Source of the DNA: Bryobacteraceae bacterium
Lineage (GTDB): Bacteria; Acidobacteriota; Terriglobia; Bryobacterales; Bryobacteraceae
Length of the DNA stretch: 64,000 nucleotides
Assembly: GCA_035496735.1 (NCBI GenBank)
Contig: DATJEI010000135.1
Coordinates: forward strand, 4,735 to 68,734
Reading direction: 5' to 3'
Made by a program: the position numbers and the translations under genes. The stretch's first letter is position 1, and every line of letters starts with the position of its first letter. The notes under the pieces are model-generated. The model made no database searches. It worked only from the letters and a program-made list of their open reading frames with translations, and was not told the DNA's origin. Shown one piece after another: positions 9,436-19,872 of the stretch.

Positions 9436-10407
9436 ATGGGACACATGCCGAAAATTCTGGTAACCGGGGGCGCCGGATACATCGGCTCCGTCACTACCCG
9501 CCACCTGTTGAGTCGCGGTTTTGAAGTGGCGGTGATCGACGACCTCTCCCGAGGCCATCGCGAAAACATCGCGCCGGAGCGTTTGCATGTCCTGCGATTA
9601 CAGGACACCAGCGCCGTCGCGCGCCTGCTTAAAGGCGTGGATGCCGTGGTTCATTTCGCGGCCCATAGCATGGTGGGCGAATCCATGCGCGAGCCGGAGC
9701 TGTATTTTTCCAATAACGTCGGCGGCACGGTGTCGCTGCTCGAAGCCATGGCGCAGACGGGCGTCCGCCGCCTGGTGTTTTCCTCCACCGCCGCCGTGTA
9801 TGGCGATCCTGAAAAGCTTCCCATCCCGGAGGACGCGCGCATTGCGCCGGTCAACCCCTACGGAGAATCCAAGGCCATCGTCGAAAAGATACTGCAGAAG
9901 CTGGATCTCTACCGGGGCTTGCGTAGCGTGGTCCTGCGCTACTTTAACGCCTGCGGCGCCGAACCCGACGCGAGCTTGGGCGAGGCGCACAACCCCGAAA
10001 CCCACCTGATCCCGCTGCTCTTCCGCGCCATTGCGACCGGCGAGCCGATCCAGATTTTTGGCGACGATTACGCCACCTCCGACGGCACCTGTATCCGCGA
10101 CTACATTCACGTCACCGATCTCGCAACCGCGCATCTGGCCGCGCTCGATCACTTGATGGCAGGCGGTGCGTCCGGCGCTTTCAACGTCGGCACCGGCAAG
10201 GGGTTAACCGTGATGGAAGTTCTGCGCGCCGTGGAAGAAGTCACCGGCAAGCGCGTGCCGCATAAGGTCGCCCCCCGCCGCGAGGGCGATCCGACCGAAC
10301 TGGTGGCGGATTCCACGCGGCTCCGCAATACGCTTGGCTGGGAACCGCGGCACAGCGAAATCCACGAAATCGTACGGGACGCCTGGGCCTATTTTCAAAA
10401 GATGTGA
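9436..10407 (+). CDS. galE: UDP-glucose 4-epimerase
   Basis: ILVTGGAGYIGS Rossmann motif, YGESK catalytic motif, 323 aa. The start could instead be the ATG at 9445. Confidence 0.9.
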   Translation: MGHMPKILVTGGAGYIGSVTTRHLLSRGFEVAVIDDLSRGHRENIAPERLHVLRLQDTSAVARLLKGVDAVVHFAAHSMVGESMREPELYFSNNVGGTVSLLEAMAQTGVRRLVFSSTAAVYGDPEKLPIPEDARIAPVNPYGESKAIVEKILQKLDLYRGLRSVVLRYFNACGAEPDASLGEAHNPETHLIPLLFRAIATGEPIQIFGDDYATSDGTCIRDYIHVTDLATAHLAALDHLMAGGASGAFNVGTGKGLTVMEVLRAVEEVTGKRVPHKVAPRREGDPTELVADSTRLRNTLGWEPRHSEIHEIVRDAWAYFQKM

Positions 10408-10470
10408 CTCCGGTGAAGCCGCCTTGCCTTGCGTCCAAACGCGCGCCGGCAATGGAGTAGCATAGAAACC

Positions 10471-11493
10471 ATGAAGAAATTCATCCTCGTAGCGCTTTTT
10501 ACCGGCTTCGCTGCCCTATCCGCGCCGGCTCGCGATCTCGACATCTATTGGGTGGACGTAGAAGGCGGCGGCGCCACTCTCATCGTCACTCCCGAAGGAC
10601 AGTCGCTGCTGGTCGACACCGGAAATCCGGCTCCCGATGACCGCGATGCGAAGCGAATTTTTCGCGCGGCCCAAAAAGCCGGCCTCAAGAAGATCGACTA
10701 CCTGATGATCACGCATTACCACGGCGATCATATCGGCGGCGCGCCGGCGCTCGCCAAGCTGATCCCCATCGAGCATTTTCTGGATCACGGCGAGTCCATT
10801 GAAGCCCAGGACCCGCGCAGCGGCAAGATCTGGGACGCCTACAAAGCCTTGGGCGATGGGAAACGCACCACCCTGAAGCCCGGCGACAAGCTGCCGCTCA
10901 AGGGACTGGATGCTGTGGTGGTTGCCGCCAACGGCCAAGTCATCGCGTCGCCGGTGAAAGGCGCGAGCGGCGCCGAGAATCCCTACTGCAAGGATGCCCA
11001 GCAAAAGCCGCCCGATACCACCGAGAATCAGCGCAGCGCTGGAATTCTATTGACCTATGGAAAGTTTAAGTTCCTGGACCTGGGCGATTTGACCTGGGAC
11101 GTCGAAATGCAGCTCGCCTGCCCCGTGAACAAACTGGGCACCGTCACATTGTTTCAGGCCACGCACCACGGGTTCTTCAACGATTTCTCCGGCGCTCCGG
11201 CGCACGTGCTCGCGCTCAAACCGCAGATCGTGATTGTCAATAACGGCGCGACCAAAGGTTGGCAGAATTCAGCCTGGGACACGGTCTACAAGATCCCCGG
11301 CCTGGAGGACGTGTGGCAGGTACATCAGGCCATGGGACCCAACCGCGACCACAACGTGAAACCGGATCAGATCGCGAATCTGGAATCAACGCCGCACGAA
11401 GGCCAGTGGTTAATGGCATCGGTCACGCGCGACGGCAAGATCACGATCACCAATGAACGCACTGGATTCAGCAAGACCTATAAGACTCGTTAA
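10471..11493 (+). CDS. secreted MBL-fold metallo-hydrolase
   Basis: Signal peptide MKKFILVALFTGFAALSAPA and the HxHxDH motif ITHYHGDHIGG. Confidence 0.85.
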   Translation: MKKFILVALFTGFAALSAPARDLDIYWVDVEGGGATLIVTPEGQSLLVDTGNPAPDDRDAKRIFRAAQKAGLKKIDYLMITHYHGDHIGGAPALAKLIPIEHFLDHGESIEAQDPRSGKIWDAYKALGDGKRTTLKPGDKLPLKGLDAVVVAANGQVIASPVKGASGAENPYCKDAQQKPPDTTENQRSAGILLTYGKFKFLDLGDLTWDVEMQLACPVNKLGTVTLFQATHHGFFNDFSGAPAHVLALKPQIVIVNNGATKGWQNSAWDTVYKIPGLEDVWQVHQAMGPNRDHNVKPDQIANLESTPHEGQWLMASVTRDGKITITNERTGFSKTYKTR

Positions 11494-13649
11494 TGCGTGA
11501 CTTTTACCGTCACTGTATTCGAATACGCTGAAACGCTGGTGACGCCGTTGGTCGTATTGTAAGCCTGCACCCGGTAAAGGTATGTGCCCTTGCTGACAGT
11601 GTTCGTGAAAGTCTTCACATTACCCGCGACCGTCCCAACACGCACGAAACTGTTGCTGCCAGAGGGCGCACGCTCGATGTAGAAGCCGGTCTGGTAAGTG
11701 GAAGCATCGCTCCACTTCAAGGTTACGGAGCCTCTTCCGGCGGTGCCTGTCAAGTTAGTAGGCGCGATCAGCGGGTTAGCGCTCACCGTGACTGAAGCGT
11801 TTGCTGTCGCCGTGGCGCCGCTATTGTCGGTGACCGTGAGGACCGCAGTGTAGCTGCCCGCGTTCCGATACACATGCGCCGGCGAAGCGCTGCTGCTGTT
11901 GGCCGTGCCATCGCCGAAATTCCAGCTATAAGACGCGATAGATCCGTCCGGATCGTTCGACCCAGCCGAACTGAAGGTCACGGTCAGCGGCGCGATCCCG
12001 GATGTGGGCATCGCCGAAGCCTGTGCTACCGGCGGCACATTGGCGGTGCCGGTAGGCAATACCAGCAGTGTAATGCTTTGTGGTGGCGCAGTGAACGCCG
12101 CCGTGCTGCCGCTGAAGCTCAGGTCGGCCAGCCGCGTGATCGCATTGGCCGCCGTGAGCTGATAAACCTGGGCTGTTCCATTAGCGGCAAAATTGTTCAG
12201 CGCCAGATTCACCGGCGTGTTCCCCGACAGATACTTATTGATGACCATCACCGTCAGCGCGCTATCGGCGGTACGCTGTGCGGCGAACACAGCAACGTTG
12301 TCGGGATTCGGGCCGCTGGCCGAAACGCTCATGTCACCAAAGCTCGACTTGTTGCCGTCGTAGTTGCGATAAAGCTTGATAGCTTTGTAAGTAGGCGTCG
12401 ATGCGTCGGGCGTGGTCCAGCGCGCTGCCAGATTCAGACCCTCCCGGCCGAAAATCCCCAGGATGTCTGCCTGCGCCGTCGCACCGTTGATATAGGGCTC
12501 CGCGCCCCAATTGTATTCCGTGATGCCGATGGGCGTGCCCGCGTCATAATACGCGTCCACCCAGCCACGGAGGCGCGGAATCAGCATCACTTGAGTATTG
12601 ATCCAGGTCTGGTCCACATAATTGGGATCCCACAACGAACGCGTCGACTTGTTCCGCAGCAATTGCATCGTGGTGCTGACGTCATTGCTGAATTCGCCGC
12701 CCTGTGGATAATAGTGCACTGTGAAGACGTCCAGCAAATGCCGCCCGTCGGCTTTCAGTTGCTCCAGCAGCCACGGCAGGTAGTCCATGCCGCCGTGGTT
12801 GGTGCGGTCGGGAAGATAGCTCCAGCCGTGCAGGCTGCCGTACTGCTGGTCATAGCCGCTGTAAAAATAGCCGCTCCAGCCCCATTCTTCCGGTCCCACA
12901 ATCAGTGCGCCCGGATCCGTCCCGCGTATCGTTGCGCCGTAGTCTTTGATCCGCGCCAGAACTTCATCCATGGTCGCGCCGGTGGGGTGCACGTCGCGAT
13001 GGGTCGAATGCCAGATGCTGTGCTCGTTATCCAGAACGTAATAGCGCGGCGCATTAGTGCTCGCCGGGCCGAAGGCTGTGGCCATGTGTTGCACCCATTG
13101 CTGCTGATAAGACGACGTACTCGGTACGTTGGCGTCGTTGGGATCGTTGCCGGTTACATATTGCCCGTTGGATTTCAGAATGCCATTGCCGGCATCCGGA
13201 TACCATTGCGCGTCGTTCCCGGTCTGCGGGCCGTACTTGGCCTGCGAAAAACTGGCCAGCTTGCTGCGATTCGCGCCCAGCTTCGCTACCCAGTCGAGCA
13301 TCGGAATCGTGATCATTGCCCGCGCCCCGGCCGCCTGCGTGCTCGAAATGAAGGTATCGCCGCGCTCCCCGGCCACCGCCGACGCATCGCCGATGCTTTC
13401 AAAATACCAGTCCTGGTCGCGATTGTCGGCGTTCACCTGCCAGTTGTAGCGGCTGCTATTGTTGCCCCCGTAGCGGTTCAACGGAACGTTCAAATCGGAA
13501 AGTTGCGCGGTGGTTCCGTAGGCCACGCCATAGATCCGCGGATCAATCGCGTGGCGGTTGGCGTTGGCATCCACGGTTAATGAAGCGGTCGGGTTCTGCG
13601 CCAGTGCAGCGCCGCTCAACAGAGCGGCGAGTAACGAAATCTTAAGCAT
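11490..13649 (-). CDS. glycoside hydrolase family 44 endoglucanase/xyloglucanase-like protein with C-terminal PKD and Fn3 domains
   Basis: Signal peptide, NRYGGNNSSRYNW, VLDNEHSIWHSTHRDVHP and ITEYNWG (GH44-like catalytic Glu contexts). PKD-like segment SWNFGDGT...YTAVLTVTDNSG. Fn3-like tail. Confidence 0.85.
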   Translation of the reverse strand: MLKISLLAALLSGAALAQNPTASLTVDANANRHAIDPRIYGVAYGTTAQLSDLNVPLNRYGGNNSSRYNWQVNADNRDQDWYFESIGDASAVAGERGDTFISSTQAAGARAMITIPMLDWVAKLGANRSKLASFSQAKYGPQTGNDAQWYPDAGNGILKSNGQYVTGNDPNDANVPSTSSYQQQWVQHMATAFGPASTNAPRYYVLDNEHSIWHSTHRDVHPTGATMDEVLARIKDYGATIRGTDPGALIVGPEEWGWSGYFYSGYDQQYGSLHGWSYLPDRTNHGGMDYLPWLLEQLKADGRHLLDVFTVHYYPQGGEFSNDVSTTMQLLRNKSTRSLWDPNYVDQTWINTQVMLIPRLRGWVDAYYDAGTPIGITEYNWGAEPYINGATAQADILGIFGREGLNLAARWTTPDASTPTYKAIKLYRNYDGNKSSFGDMSVSASGPNPDNVAVFAAQRTADSALTVMVINKYLSGNTPVNLALNNFAANGTAQVYQLTAANAITRLADLSFSGSTAAFTAPPQSITLLVLPTGTANVPPVAQASAMPTSGIAPLTVTFSSAGSNDPDGSIASYSWNFGDGTANSSSASPAHVYRNAGSYTAVLTVTDNSGATATANASVTVSANPLIAPTNLTGTAGRGSVTLKWSDASTYQTGFYIERAPSGSNSFVRVGTVAGNVKTFTNTVSKGTYLYRVQAYNTTNGVTSVSAYSNTVTVKVTH

Positions 13650-13652
13650 GAT

Positions 13653-15149
13653 CTATTTCCTTGTGATACTGACCGTCGCACTGGCTGACTTGCTGGCATC
13701 CGCATTGCTAGTGGCGCTAACCGTGACCTTCGACGGCGAAGGAACAATATTCGGCGCCTTATATAGTCCGCCGGTGCTAACGGTGCCGAACGTCGAATTC
13801 CCGCCGGTGACTCCGTTTACTTTCCATGTGACCGAGGTGTTTGTGGTATTGGTCACGCTAGCCGTGAACTGTTTAGTAGCCGTCACGCGCACTCTCGCGC
13901 TCGTGGGAGAAATGGTCACCGCGATCGGAAGCGCGTTCACCACTGTAACCGTCGCGCTGCCGGCAACCGCGGGCGCCACAGCGCTGCTGCTGGCGTGAAC
14001 CGTAACCGTTGCCGGCGATGGTACCGACGCCGGCGCTGTGTACAGCCCGCTCACTGAGTCTATGAAACCGACCGTGCCATTTCCTCCGACCGCACCATTC
14101 ACATCCCAGGTAACCGCTTGATTCGAGCTGCCGCTCACCGTGGCAGTGAATTGTTTCTGCGTGCTCAGTGGAACGCTCGCGCTCGACGGACTCACGCTCA
14201 CCGTCACGCCGCTTTGCACCGCCTGCCCCGAGTCTGGATTCACCATCAGCACCGTCGCATCCACCGCCTCGAAATTGGACCCCGCGATGGTCGTTAAGGC
14301 GTGCAGATCGTCGTTATTCCAGCCAGCATCCGGCGCGCCGGAGAGGAACCAGGCGGAGCCATTGTCCGCCAGCATCATGCCGTACTGCTTCAAGGCTGTC
14401 AGAATCACTTGGTTAGTTGGCGAGAAACCCGACATGTCAAAGCTCGCCTTCAGGCGAAACCGCGCTCCCATCGGCGGATACTGCGCCCCGGTTAGCGACG
14501 ACGCATAGTGCCGCGCGGGCCATACATATGCCCTCTGTGTCTGCGGCACCGTGAAGCGAAGCGCGTGGTGAATCGCACCGGTGGCAACTTCATCGTGCCG
14601 CACCAGTCCCGGGAAAATCGGCAGCCCGGCGGCATCGGCCGAGGTCCAGGTGGCTGGCCGCAGCGCGTCTGAAAGCAGGTTGAAGATGGCACCGGAACCG
14701 CCGGTCCAGCTCGACGTCTGCGGATAAGCGTCGTAAATTTCGTAAAGAATACAATTGTCCGTGTCGACTGAGATCACATGTCGGTCGCCAGTGCTTGAGC
14801 TGCCGCCTTCAATCGGCGCGTTCAGCGGGATGGCGTAAGGACCGGTATCGCTCTCGCTTTGATACGTGAAGGTCGCGGGATACTTGGTTTGCGTCCCAGG
14901 AACCGTGACGTACGGGATGCCGATGGGGCCCCCGTTATACAAACCTGAACCGAAATCCGGGTGCAGTGGTGAAGACGCGCCGATGGTGCTCACCCAGGTG
15001 GAAGAACTTGGGTGAACCGGCAGTTGATCGATTCGCGTGTTCCAAATATTATCCGCCGGAAGAACCGCGCAATTCCCGATGGTGGGCGTCTGAGCGGACG
15101 CAAGGCTTCCGAGCCCTAGCAACAGGGCTGCAGGTACGATGTTTTTCAC
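13653..15149 (-). CDS. secreted protein with an uncharacterised N-terminal domain plus two Ig-like (Big_2-type) repeats
   Basis: Signal peptide present. Two similar C-terminal modules (VSPSSASVPLSTQKQFTATVSGSSNQAVTWDVNG and ISPTSARVRVTATKQFTASVTNTTNTSVTWKVNG). It ends 4 nt from the GH44 gene start, on the same strand. Confidence 0.75.
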   Translation of the reverse strand: MKNIVPAALLLGLGSLASAQTPTIGNCAVLPADNIWNTRIDQLPVHPSSSTWVSTIGASSPLHPDFGSGLYNGGPIGIPYVTVPGTQTKYPATFTYQSESDTGPYAIPLNAPIEGGSSSTGDRHVISVDTDNCILYEIYDAYPQTSSWTGGSGAIFNLLSDALRPATWTSADAAGLPIFPGLVRHDEVATGAIHHALRFTVPQTQRAYVWPARHYASSLTGAQYPPMGARFRLKASFDMSGFSPTNQVILTALKQYGMMLADNGSAWFLSGAPDAGWNNDDLHALTTIAGSNFEAVDATVLMVNPDSGQAVQSGVTVSVSPSSASVPLSTQKQFTATVSGSSNQAVTWDVNGAVGGNGTVGFIDSVSGLYTAPASVPSPATVTVHASSSAVAPAVAGSATVTVVNALPIAVTISPTSARVRVTATKQFTASVTNTTNTSVTWKVNGVTGGNSTFGTVSTGGLYKAPNIVPSPSKVTVSATSNADASKSASATVSITRK

Positions 15150-15264
15150 AGCGACACTCCTCCGAGGGTCTCAGGATACCGCCTGAAGAGTCTTCCTTCT
15201 ATCGGGTAAGCACCCGAGAAACCTTAGTGAATCGCCGCTTAGAAGCCCGCGAACCGCCCGTTCG

Positions 15265-16584
15265 CTAATCGCCGCTCGCCATGGCCACGGACGCTTCCAC
15301 CGCGCCGCCCACCTGGACCGCGCCGGCCTTGCCGCTGTCGAATTCGTTCTCCCATTTCGCCACCACAATCGTCGCCACCGCGTTACCGGCCAGATTGGTG
15401 AGACTCCGCATTTGCGACATGAAACGGTCCACGCCTAGCAGCAGAGTGATCCCCGCAACCGGCACGGTATGCAGCGAAGACAGGGTTGCGGCCAAGGTGA
15501 TAAAGCCGCCGCCGGTGACCGCCGCCGCGCCCTTGGAGGTCAGCATGAGCACCACCAGCAACTGGAATTCCTGCGCCGCGGTCAAGTGCGTATTGGTGGC
15601 CTGGGCGACGAATAACGCCGCAAGGGTCAGGTAGATCGACGTGCCGTCGAGATTAAACGAATACCCTGACGGCACCACCAGCCCAACCACGGACTTGGTG
15701 CAGCCCAGTCTCTCAAGTTTTATCATCAGCGATGGCAAAGCCGCCTCGGATGTAGAGGTCCCCAAGACGATCAAAAACTCCTCTTTCAAGTACTTCAACA
15801 GGTTCCAGATGCGGAATCCGTGCAGCCGCGCGATCGCCCCCAATATCACGAAAACAAACAGCGCCGCCGTGGCATAGAAGCACAGCATCAGGTTTCCAAG
15901 CTGCAGAAGGGTTCCGACTCCATACCGTCCAATAGTAAAGGCCATCGCGCCGAATGCTCCTAAGGGAGCGACATACATGATGAAGCCGATCATCTTGAAC
16001 AAGATGTGATTGATGTAGTGAAACGCGTCCAGCACCGGCTTGCCCCTATCGAAAGTTGCCAGCGCCATTCCGAACATAATGGCGATCAACAGGATCTGCA
16101 GGACCTCGCCTTTGGCGAAGGCGTTGACCATTTGATCCGGAATGATGTTCATGATGAAATCCACGGTGCTCAAATGCTCGCCCGACGTGGTGTATTGCGC
16201 CACGGCTTTAGTGTCCAGCGTTGCAGGGTCGGCATTGATGCCGGCACCCGGCCGCACCACCGTCACGATCAAAAGCCCGATCAGCAGCGCCGCCGTGGTA
16301 ACCACCTCGAAGTACAGCAGTGCCTTGACGCCCACGCGTCCCAGCTTCTTCATGTCGCTCATGCCCGCGATGCCCGTCACCACGGTGCAGAAGATGATAG
16401 GCGCAATCATCATGCGGATCAGTTTGATGAAACCGTCCCCCAGGGGCTTCATTTTTTCGGCCAGCGGGGGATCGAACACGCCCAGCGCAACCCCCAGCAC
16501 GATCGCCACGAATACCTGGAAATACAGGGCCTGATAGAACGGCTGTCGCGTGGCGCTCACCGGAGAGGGCGTTGTGTCTGCCAT
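15265..16584 (-). CDS. dctA: C4-dicarboxylate / amino acid:cation symporter (DAACS family)
   Basis: [21 protein letters not shown]-terminus and a 439-aa multi-TM protein typical of DctA. Confidence 0.9.
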   Translation of the reverse strand: MADTTPSPVSATRQPFYQALYFQVFVAIVLGVALGVFDPPLAEKMKPLGDGFIKLIRMMIAPIIFCTVVTGIAGMSDMKKLGRVGVKALLYFEVVTTAALLIGLLIVTVVRPGAGINADPATLDTKAVAQYTTSGEHLSTVDFIMNIIPDQMVNAFAKGEVLQILLIAIMFGMALATFDRGKPVLDAFHYINHILFKMIGFIMYVAPLGAFGAMAFTIGRYGVGTLLQLGNLMLCFYATAALFVFVILGAIARLHGFRIWNLLKYLKEEFLIVLGTSTSEAALPSLMIKLERLGCTKSVVGLVVPSGYSFNLDGTSIYLTLAALFVAQATNTHLTAAQEFQLLVVLMLTSKGAAAVTGGGFITLAATLSSLHTVPVAGITLLLGVDRFMSQMRSLTNLAGNAVATIVVAKWENEFDSGKAGAVQVGGAVEASVAMASGD

Positions 16585-16722
16585 AAGCTCCTACAATTCT
16601 ACGCTGCAATTCCCGGGAATGGTGCGCTGCCCGGGCGTCCCACCCGGTCGTGCATCCACTACCACCGCTCGCACCGCCGCCCGCCCCTTGTGACTCGTGA
16701 GAAATGCCTCTACCCTGTACAA

Positions 16723-17562
16723 ATGCTCCCTTTTCGAAAAATCCTTTTTCCGGTGGATTACTCCGAGCCCTGCCAGGCCATCGTTCCCTATGTCTCGGAA
16801 ATGCAGAAGCGTTTTTCCACGGAATTGAGTTTGGTTCACGCCTACGGCGCTGAGGCTCTGGCCTTCAGCTCGCTGCCGATCGCGGATCTGCAGCTGCCGG
16901 AACAAGTGCGCGCAATGTCGGAAGAACGGCTGCGGGAATTCGCGCGTGTCAATTTTCCCGGCCTGAAGGTGGATATCTACGTTGAAGTCGGCGAACCCGG
17001 CGCCGTCATCGATAACATCGTCCAGCATCAGGGCGCCGACCTGGTGATGTTGCCCACTCACGGCCGCGCGCCCCTGCGGCGTTTTCTGCTGGGATCGGTG
17101 ACCGCCAAGGTTTTGCACGATCTCACCGTGCCCGTCTGGACCGGTCATCCGTTACGCATTCCTTACACTTCCGTCCTGGCCGCGATCGATACCAGTGACG
17201 AAGCCGAGGCCGTGATTCGCGCTGCGTCCGCCCTTGCGGCATCCTACGGGGCTCAGATGTCACTGGCCTACGCGCTGGAAATGCCGCCTATAGGCATTGG
17301 TGAAGCCTTCATCGATTACCATGACGATTTCATGAAGGCCGCCGACGCCCGCATTATTGAGTTGAAGAAGCGAGCCGGCGTGAACGCGCCGCACACGATT
17401 CTGCAAGGACCGGTAGCTGATGCGATCCATGACCAGGCTCTGCATACCGGCGCGGACCTCATCGTGACCGGACGCGGTGTAGTTTATGGCGCCGTCAGCC
17501 GGATGTGGTCTCACCTTTATCCCATCATTCGCCACGCGCCGTGCCCCGTTTTGAGTATTTGA
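16723..17562 (+). CDS. tandem universal stress protein (UspA family)
   Basis: MLPFRKILFPVDYSE start and two USP modules, the second ending GADLIVTGRG. The tracked ORF from 16006 is an antisense extension over dctA. Confidence 0.85.
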   Translation: MLPFRKILFPVDYSEPCQAIVPYVSEMQKRFSTELSLVHAYGAEALAFSSLPIADLQLPEQVRAMSEERLREFARVNFPGLKVDIYVEVGEPGAVIDNIVQHQGADLVMLPTHGRAPLRRFLLGSVTAKVLHDLTVPVWTGHPLRIPYTSVLAAIDTSDEAEAVIRAASALAASYGAQMSLAYALEMPPIGIGEAFIDYHDDFMKAADARIIELKKRAGVNAPHTILQGPVADAIHDQALHTGADLIVTGRGVVYGAVSRMWSHLYPIIRHAPCPVLSI

Positions 17563-17572
17563 CTGGTTTTCA

Positions 17573-18058
17573 CTAGGCGGCCTGGAAGCATATGCGACGC
17601 AGCAACCGGATCTGTCCCGCGTGATACAGGTCGTGCGCCGACGCGCCGCGGATCAAATGGCATGTCGCGGGAGTCAATGCGCGAGCCGGTAAGGCCGCCA
17701 CTGTGTCGCGCAATTTTCCATGCTCGGCTTCCAGGATGGCGATGTCTCGCTTCCACGCCGCTTCGGCGGCGGCCGATCCAGCGGCGGCAAATCCGCGCTC
17801 CGGCCGTTCGAAGAAATTGCTGCCGGTGAGCACGAACCTCCCGCGCTTCTCCCGCAAAATCTTCCGCCGCACCACATACTTCCAGTACGCCGCATGCAGC
17901 GTCAGTTCCCAGATGTTATGACAATCCCCCGCTGGACGCCACGCCGCCTGCGCTGCCGTCACGCCGCGAATCGCTCCGCGCAGATTGGGGCCGTGCCAAG
18001 ACTTTTTAGCGAACGCTTCGTCCAGGCCATCCAGCAGCAGCGAGGTAATGACGCTCAT
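17573..18058 (-). CDS. DinB superfamily protein
   Basis: Four-helix His pattern (WELTLHAAYW ... AHDLYHAGQIRLL) typical of DinB/YfiT-like proteins. Confidence 0.8.
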   Translation of the reverse strand: MSVITSLLLDGLDEAFAKKSWHGPNLRGAIRGVTAAQAAWRPAGDCHNIWELTLHAAYWKYVVRRKILREKRGRFVLTGSNFFERPERGFAAAGSAAAEAAWKRDIAILEAEHGKLRDTVAALPARALTPATCHLIRGASAHDLYHAGQIRLLRRICFQAA

Positions 18059-18312
18059 AAAAGATGCGCCGGCGTCGCACGCGGCTTCGATAATACCTTA
18101 GACCGGAGGCACACATTCACTTCTTCGATCGACCCAAAGAATCCCACGAACGCCTGGTCCAAGTGCCGCGGCCTGCGCCGCGATTGTCGAAAATCGCGCG
18201 GCCGGAACTGATCGGTAAAAGAAATCACTGCGGTCCCTAGCGGCCGGTATTCGTGCGTGCCCTGGGCCCACGCGAGACCCGGCTCCGCATCAATCCACAG
18301 GGCGAACCCCAT
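18055..18312 (-). CDS. hypothetical small protein, or a decayed gene remnant
   Basis: 85 aa with a 4-nt overlap with the DinB start. The second half is Arg-rich and low in complexity, so the coding status is doubtful. Confidence 0.3.
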   Translation of the reverse strand: MGFALWIDAEPGLAWAQGTHEYRPLGTAVISFTDQFRPRDFRQSRRRPRHLDQAFVGFFGSIEEVNVCLRSKVLSKPRATPAHLL

Positions 18313-18325
18313 ACTTCAATTATGA

Positions 18326-19009
18326 TTATGCCGGCGATTCCCCGCGAGCCGCCTGCTGCAGGATGCGCGCCGCGCGAGCCGGATTAAACACTCCGCAAGA
18401 GCAGAATCGCGTCAGGCAGGCGGCCGCTTGCTCCGGCGTGCGGCGGCCTTCCTTCACCCAGTCGATCATTTTTTTCGCCAGCGAATGGCTCACCATGCCG
18501 TGCCCGCACATGGTCGAAAGCAGCAGTACATCGGCGTTCGGCAGCTTTTCGGTCTTGCCTTCGAAACCCAGCGAGTAGCCGACGCTGTGCCGTGGAATTC
18601 CGGCAGCGAAACAACACTGCTCAGCGCCGTCCACGGAAGTCGAAATGTTGATGCTCAATCCCAGATCGGCTTCCTTAACCGCTTTTACGAAATCCTCAGC
18701 GGCAACCCGATTGTCGAACACCGCGGCCACGGTAGTCAGCGCATCCATTCCGTCGATTACCGCCCGGAAGTCGGCGGTCGAATCGCGATTCCAGTGCGCC
18801 AGCGGATTCATCGCGCGTGACGGCCGCAGCGCACCGCCGTGAATCGCATCGCCCAGATTCACCGGCTTGAAGGGCACCGCCATTTCGAGAAACTGGCGCA
18901 GCTTGGGCAGCGCATCGCCGTCATTCTTGCCGCGCGCGCACATCGCAAAAACAATGTAGTCGTCCGCAAAACTTTGCGAGGGGCCAAAGCGATGGAGCGT
19001 GTTGGTCAT
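18326..19009 (-). CDS. conserved-looking hypothetical protein with Cys motifs (CC, MCGHG, CSCG)
   Basis: 227 aa with non-repetitive, globular-looking composition. It has a 4-nt overlap with the upstream 4Fe-4S gene. I recognise no family. Confidence 0.7.
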   Translation of the reverse strand: MTNTLHRFGPSQSFADDYIVFAMCARGKNDGDALPKLRQFLEMAVPFKPVNLGDAIHGGALRPSRAMNPLAHWNRDSTADFRAVIDGMDALTTVAAVFDNRVAAEDFVKAVKEADLGLSINISTSVDGAEQCCFAAGIPRHSVGYSLGFEGKTEKLPNADVLLLSTMCGHGMVSHSLAKKMIDWVKEGRRTPEQAAACLTRFCSCGVFNPARAARILQQAARGESPA

Positions 19010-19872
19010 GCGCTCACCGTGATCTTGGCTTCAGCCTGGGTCACCCGCCCCAATCCGATATTGGTCTTCGCCCGTTCCGGATGATAGCCCAGTTTTTCCA
19101 GCATCGGCGCCACCACATGATCCTCCCCGTCTGCATCGCAGCGCGCGCCCACGCCCAGCGCGACCACGGTATCGATCTGCTTTTCCACGTCCCACACCAG
19201 CCGTATGATTTCTTCGGCGCGCTCTACCGGTACTTTGATCTCGATAATCGCCGACAGCACCTTTTCGTTCATGATGTCTTCGCGGATCGTCCCCGTCGCC
19301 ATATCACTCATCAAGGACGTCACCGGATTGCGCTTCTCAAAAGTCACGCCCGCCTTGGCCAGCGCCCAGCACATCGTTTGCAAATCGCGGAACCACACGC
19401 CCACGCCGGGACGCCCGAATTCGATGGTGAATCCCACCTCGCCCTGTTTCACCCGGCCGCTGACATCGTTGGTCTTCACTTCTTCGGTGCCGCGTCCGTG
19501 CACGCCCGTCGATTCGTGCGGCACACGCGGATCGGAAAACGCGCGCCGTACCGTCCGTGGCCACACCAATTCGTCCGGCGCGAACGCGGCCGTCGGGCAC
19601 ACATCAGGTTCGGGATCGAAGCGCAGCCGCAGCATTTGAAACACCTTGCGCAAGGTGCGCACAAACGTGGGATTCAGGTGTTCCTGACTCAGCCCGTTGT
19701 AACACGCGTAACATTCCACGCATTCCTTGGAGTTGACAGTCGCGCGCCGCGTCGCCGGATCGATGTAGATCGCCCCCACCGGACACACATAGGTGCAATT
19801 CCCGCACGCCACGCACTTGTTCGGATCGATCTTCACGCTTTCATTCTCATGCGACCCGTTTGGTCGCGTCAA
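19006..19872 (-). CDS. 4Fe-4S dicluster domain protein with an uncharacterised C-terminal domain
   Basis: CVACGNCTYVCP and CVECYACYNG ferredoxin-type motifs in the first 60 aa. The remaining roughly 220 aa are unassigned. The ATG start overlaps the MFS 3' end by 26 nt; an alternative GTG lies at 19836. Confidence 0.8.
   Translation of the reverse strand: MTRPNGSHENESVKIDPNKCVACGNCTYVCPVGAIYIDPATRRATVNSKECVECYACYNGLSQEHLNPTFVRTLRKVFQMLRLRFDPEPDVCPTAAFAPDELVWPRTVRRAFSDPRVPHESTGVHGRGTEEVKTNDVSGRVKQGEVGFTIEFGRPGVGVWFRDLQTMCWALAKAGVTFEKRNPVTSLMSDMATGTIREDIMNEKVLSAIIEIKVPVERAEEIIRLVWDVEKQIDTVVALGVGARCDADGEDHVVAPMLEKLGYHPERAKTNIGLGRVTQAEAKITVSA

Noticed and set aside
11874-13580. 568-aa plus-strand ORF opposite the GH44 gene
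   Set aside because: Arg-rich shadow frame with no motifs. The minus-strand frame carries clear GH44, PKD and Fn3 signatures.
16006-16722. N-terminal 239 aa of the tracked 518-aa ORF that ends as the USP gene
   Set aside because: This part is antisense to dctA and Arg/His-rich. A clean USP start (MLPFRKILFPVDYS) exists at 16723, in the intergenic gap.
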